Shown here: positions 63,693 to 64,000 of the stretch, one piece after another
Layout of the letters: the number at the start of each line of letters is the position of its first letter
How positions within the stretch are numbered: the stretch's first letter is position 1
Assembly (NCBI RefSeq): GCF_021028975.2
Contig: NC_059425.1
Span: 31,806,001-31,870,000, forward strand
DNA: 64,000 nucleotides
DNA from: Sphaerodactylus townsendi
Taxonomy: Eukaryota
Direction of reading: 5' to 3'
The notes under the pieces: generated by a model
Told to the model about the DNA's origin: nothing
Database searches by the model: none
The model's input: only the letters and a program-made list of their open reading frames with translations
Position numbers and translations under genes: made by a program

Positions 63693-64000
63693 CAGAGGTG
63701 TCCAACTCTGGCACCCCAGATGTTTATGGACTATGATTCCCATCAGTCCCTGCTCACATGGCCAATTGGTGGCATGCAAGGGAGGGGAGGGAGGGGTGGC
63801 ATACAAGGGAGGGAAGGGGAGTGGGCCCGGCATCTGGACATGGCCCACCCACGTTAGCGGAGGGGAGGGAGAGAGGGAGGGATTGCATGCAAGGGAAGGG
63901 GAGGGAGGGGTAGTATGCAAGGGAGGGGGAGGGGCTTTGGCATCTGGATATGACCCACCCACACTAGCGGTGGGAGGGGAAGGGGAGGGAGGGGTGGCAT
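63693..64000 (+). mobile_element. Left half of a hAT MITE joined to the Helitron-type purine minisatellite
   Basis: CAGAGGTGTCCAACTCTGG...CATGGCCAATTGG then GGTGGCATGCAAGGGAGGGG repeats; runs off the window end. Confidence 0.7.

Noticed and set aside
1-64000. Most ORFs in the six-frame track
   Set aside because: Short, low-complexity or TE-derived, with no recognisable host protein homology or splice-consistent exon chain

Overview
Vertebrate genomic DNA, most likely a squamate reptile and probably a gecko, judged from the repeat landscape (Squam3-like and Squam2-like SINEs, 5S-Sauria-like SINEs, CR1, L2, L1/Tx1, Penelope, hAT, Harbinger and Tc/mariner MITEs, a Helitron, solo LTRs). About 1-39.7 kb is repeat-rich intergenic DNA with several homeodomain-site-rich unique blocks and a 160-N assembly gap. 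A CpG island at ~39.7-40.6 kb holds a YY1-type promoter and an apparently non-coding first exon on the + strand (donor CAG|GTGAGT at 40343/40344). The rest looks like a long first intron of a gene I cannot identify. No host protein-coding exon is recognisable; the only real protein homologies are retrotransposon ORF2 remnants. I find no strong evidence for a wholly new biological system. The most notable signals are a palindromic Penelope-derived insert carrying hammerhead-ribozyme cores, a hAT MITE group that shares one core (with the ACTACAnnTCCCA ZNF143/THAP11 motif) across different termini, a Helitron with nested cargo, and a candidate second YY1 promoter/alternative first exon at ~45.1 kb. 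Family names come from my recognition of motifs, not from database searches.
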